The notes under the pieces: model-generated
Databases searched by the model: none
Told to the model about the DNA's origin: nothing
Seen by the model: only the letters and a program-made list of their open reading frames with translations
Translations under genes and position numbers: made by a program
Shown: piece after piece, positions 51,438 through 54,090 of the stretch
How positions within the stretch are numbered: position 1 is the first letter of the stretch
Layout of the letters: each line of letters opens with the position of its first letter
Source of the DNA: Nemertoderma westbladi
Taxonomy: Eukaryota; Animalia; Xenacoelomorpha
DNA length: 54,090 nt
Direction of reading: 5' to 3'
Assembly (NCBI GenBank): GCA_032718475.1
Contig: JAUCBJ010007710.1
Coordinates: forward strand, 1 to 54,090

Positions 51438-53082
51438 ATTCCGAAATTATTCCTGGGTATTATTGACAATTATAATTGATGTTTCTATACAATAAAAGGT
51501 TGATAGTTATTATGTTGAATAAGTTTAGTTTAATAATACCCTGTGATTCTATTCAAATATATTGAATATAAAAACGTGCCAAACCATTCCTTTAATAATT
51601 CTCCCCACCATTGTTGTTTACAACATCCCACTACAGTAACAAATTACCTGTTGTGTGTACAGCTAATATCTCAGGAATGTTGTTCCTATTACTTTTATTG
51701 GCACTAACAATATATCCGAGCCCATATAGTCTACAGGTACTGTAGTTGGGCTCACTTCCTTCATAACCATGGTAACTCTGTGGGCTCATATAAGAATACC
51801 ACCTGGGTATTATCGACAATGCAGGTGGTGGTATTTGAAACAAAACACATGTGCTGTGCAGCATACCGTTTCCATTTAACTTGTAAATTATACAATCCAA
51901 CGCGGAGTTTTGTTCCACATTGTGGATCCGCGTACAATGCATTGAATAATAAATAAGGAATTAAATTTTTTTAAATAAATATCGGGATTATGTATTTTAC
52001 AGCGATGGAAATTACAGGATTTTCGAAATTTTTTAATTTGCTGTGCCATGGTGTCGGTATGGTAATCATCACGGCCAGAGTGGGGGCAGTTATGAACTAT
52101 ATTCGTTTCCAACTGTTTCATGTCTTAATATATTCTGTTTCACGTCATATATTATAATAATCCAAAGCAATATCATGCATGAATGCCCTTCAGCAATCAT
52201 ATTAAATTAAATTAAAGGAAGATACATACCAACCCCCTGTTAGTCAGTATGTCGTTAACATCAATTATCATCTTCAGCAATCATGACTTTTAATTTGCAT
52301 GCATGACAATGTCATTGAATGCTCAGGGAGCCATGAACTAGGTAGTGTGGTATAGCCTTACCTAATCCTCTATGCAAATCTACCTGTTTTTTATTGACCA
52401 GTATTCTTCAGCATACTTGATTTCTTTGTATTCAAATACTTAATATCACTTTATTGGTTCTCTCCAATCTAGACCAATGACACCACATTCAAAGCCCCAG
52501 GACGGCGGCAGTGGCATCGATTATATATAATCTTTCCAAGATAGTCCCCCCTTGACTAGCCGGTGGAAGAATAAAGAAGAAATAACATTGCCAGAAACGA
52601 TGGGATAACAAACTGAAAGTAATTTGTAGCCAAAGACACTTAACTCAGTTTGTTCAAACAAACCTGTAATAACAAACGATAACACGCTGATGGTGGGACG
52701 ATAATGACTGCAGACAATCCCTGTGACTCGATACACAATATTGTGAGGACCGTGGCTGACGCTGAGAGAGTGCCCGCGATCCGTCGCGTGGCTTATTCGA
52801 CACCTCCTGATAAGGGTTGAAGTAGATCAGTATAGTATATTATATTGATAGGAATTTAGAACATTAAGTAAACAATTAATTTAGTTTAATTTAGTAAGGA
52901 ATGTCCAGAAATTGCAGAAATACTATTTACAGTAAAAAATGCCGCCAAAATATAAAAACTTTTGCTGTTGTAAAGGTTGCTTCCGCTGGCAGAGGGTGGA
53001 AAAGCAAGAAAGTAGTAAAAGTGCCGAAGCCTCGCCTTAAATACCCAGACATTATGCAAATCAGTATCACAACGTATAGCTG

Positions 53083-53130
53083 CTGATTGGCCGGAGATCG
53101 TCACTGATTGGTCGGAGCTACCGGTTGGCC
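53083..53130. promoter_or_regulatory. Tandem CCAAT/Y-box motifs, candidate promoter
   Basis: ctgattggccggag and ctgattggtcggag, 21 bp apart. The target gene is unknown. Confidence 0.3.
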
Positions 53131-54090
53131 AAACAGCTGCGTTTTATTCCTATTGTACATATGGGCTGGTGAGACCTACTGTAGGGTCAATGACAGCAAA
53201 TGTAACCGCGTGTGGCAAACCAAACGTGACCCAACTGGTCAAACCAACACGAGATTGTTCACAATGTGACGTACAACTTGAGGTAAATTCTACGTGACTA
53301 GCCCAGAGGCTTAACTATGGGAGGGGGGGGGGGGGGGGGACTTGCTCCCGGCGCCAAAATGTTTTTTTTGAGTGGATATGATTTGCATTTTTCGATATTA
53401 TACAAAACAAGTAATTATTACAATATTAATTGTAGATATTAATAATTAAAATAATTTAACCCTGTAAAAGCTTTTGTGGGATAACTGATTCGTTTGCCTT
53501 GTTGGCCAGTTCCCACCCAGTCGCTAAGAATACTCTAAAAGTGATCTATAACTAAAAATAGTGCAAGTTACCAACTTATTGGCTGATTTGCTGTACGCAG
53601 GCATCTGGGCTCTGTTTAATCGGCCAACAAGCCTAGGGAGGTTGCGTCATAGCCTTGTTTTGTATCTCCCAATAGAATTTGAGTTAGCCTTGATTTCGAC
53701 CTATCACAGAGTACTGAACTGAAAATTTCCTATCTCACTGCTCTTTCTCTGTGTTGAACGGGAGCTTCGTGGAATAAGGGAGTTGGTATCCTCGTATAGA
53801 GCAGTAGTCACGAGTTTTTCAAAGCCACGAAAGAACGGCTTTTTAGTGTTTTGTGATTTCTGCTTTTTAGCTCAACACTAGTAGGTTTAATTACAAGGAC
53901 ATATATCCTTTAACTGACGAAACAAACACTCTGCAATTTCGTAATCACCGCATACTGCAGTACTGCATACACTGCATACTGTGTAACACTGTGCATACTT
54001 TTATATTGTTATACTGCTATTTACTGTCAGTTCTTCATAATATGGTTGATGAATTATTATATTTGGAATAACGAGAAATAACCCCGAAAC

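Noticed and set aside
51631-53104. Short ORFs upstream of the membrane-protein gene
   Set aside because: No motifs. A possible donor near 51647 could mark a UTR exon, but nothing else supports it.
1-54090. Uni-strand piRNA cluster
   Set aside because: The window is TE-dense but orientations are mixed, and this cannot be judged without small-RNA data.

Overview
AT-rich eukaryotic (probably invertebrate animal) DNA made mostly of nested transposable elements. The main feature is a very large BEL/Pao LTR retrotransposon on the minus strand (25875-44490). After a decayed gag-PR-RT-RH-IN polyprotein it carries an extra sense-strand ORF of about 1,400 codons (31388-27137). This ORF shows no env features. 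It has DEDDy-type (WRN/EXD/RNase D-like) 3'-5' exonuclease motifs, several CCHC zinc knuckles and a basic C-terminus. A diverged second copy of this ORF, with its own PPT and LTR start, lies at about 11985-16500 (+), and a related LTR end lies at 1-217. Other elements: two decayed Ty3/Gypsy elements, three RTE-like LINE fragments, a piggyBac-like MITE (TTAA TSD), a Tc1/mariner-like MITE (TA TSD) inside one BEL LTR, and a foldback element (8-bp TSD) whose arms are 14/15-bp satellite arrays. A disrupted gene with QPG repeats and three cold-shock-like domains is split in frame by an 8-kb Helitron-like insertion. Two apparently intact host-type genes are present: a putative GPI-anchored Cys-rich protein and a two-exon type II membrane protein. 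All family calls come from manual motif reading, not database searches.
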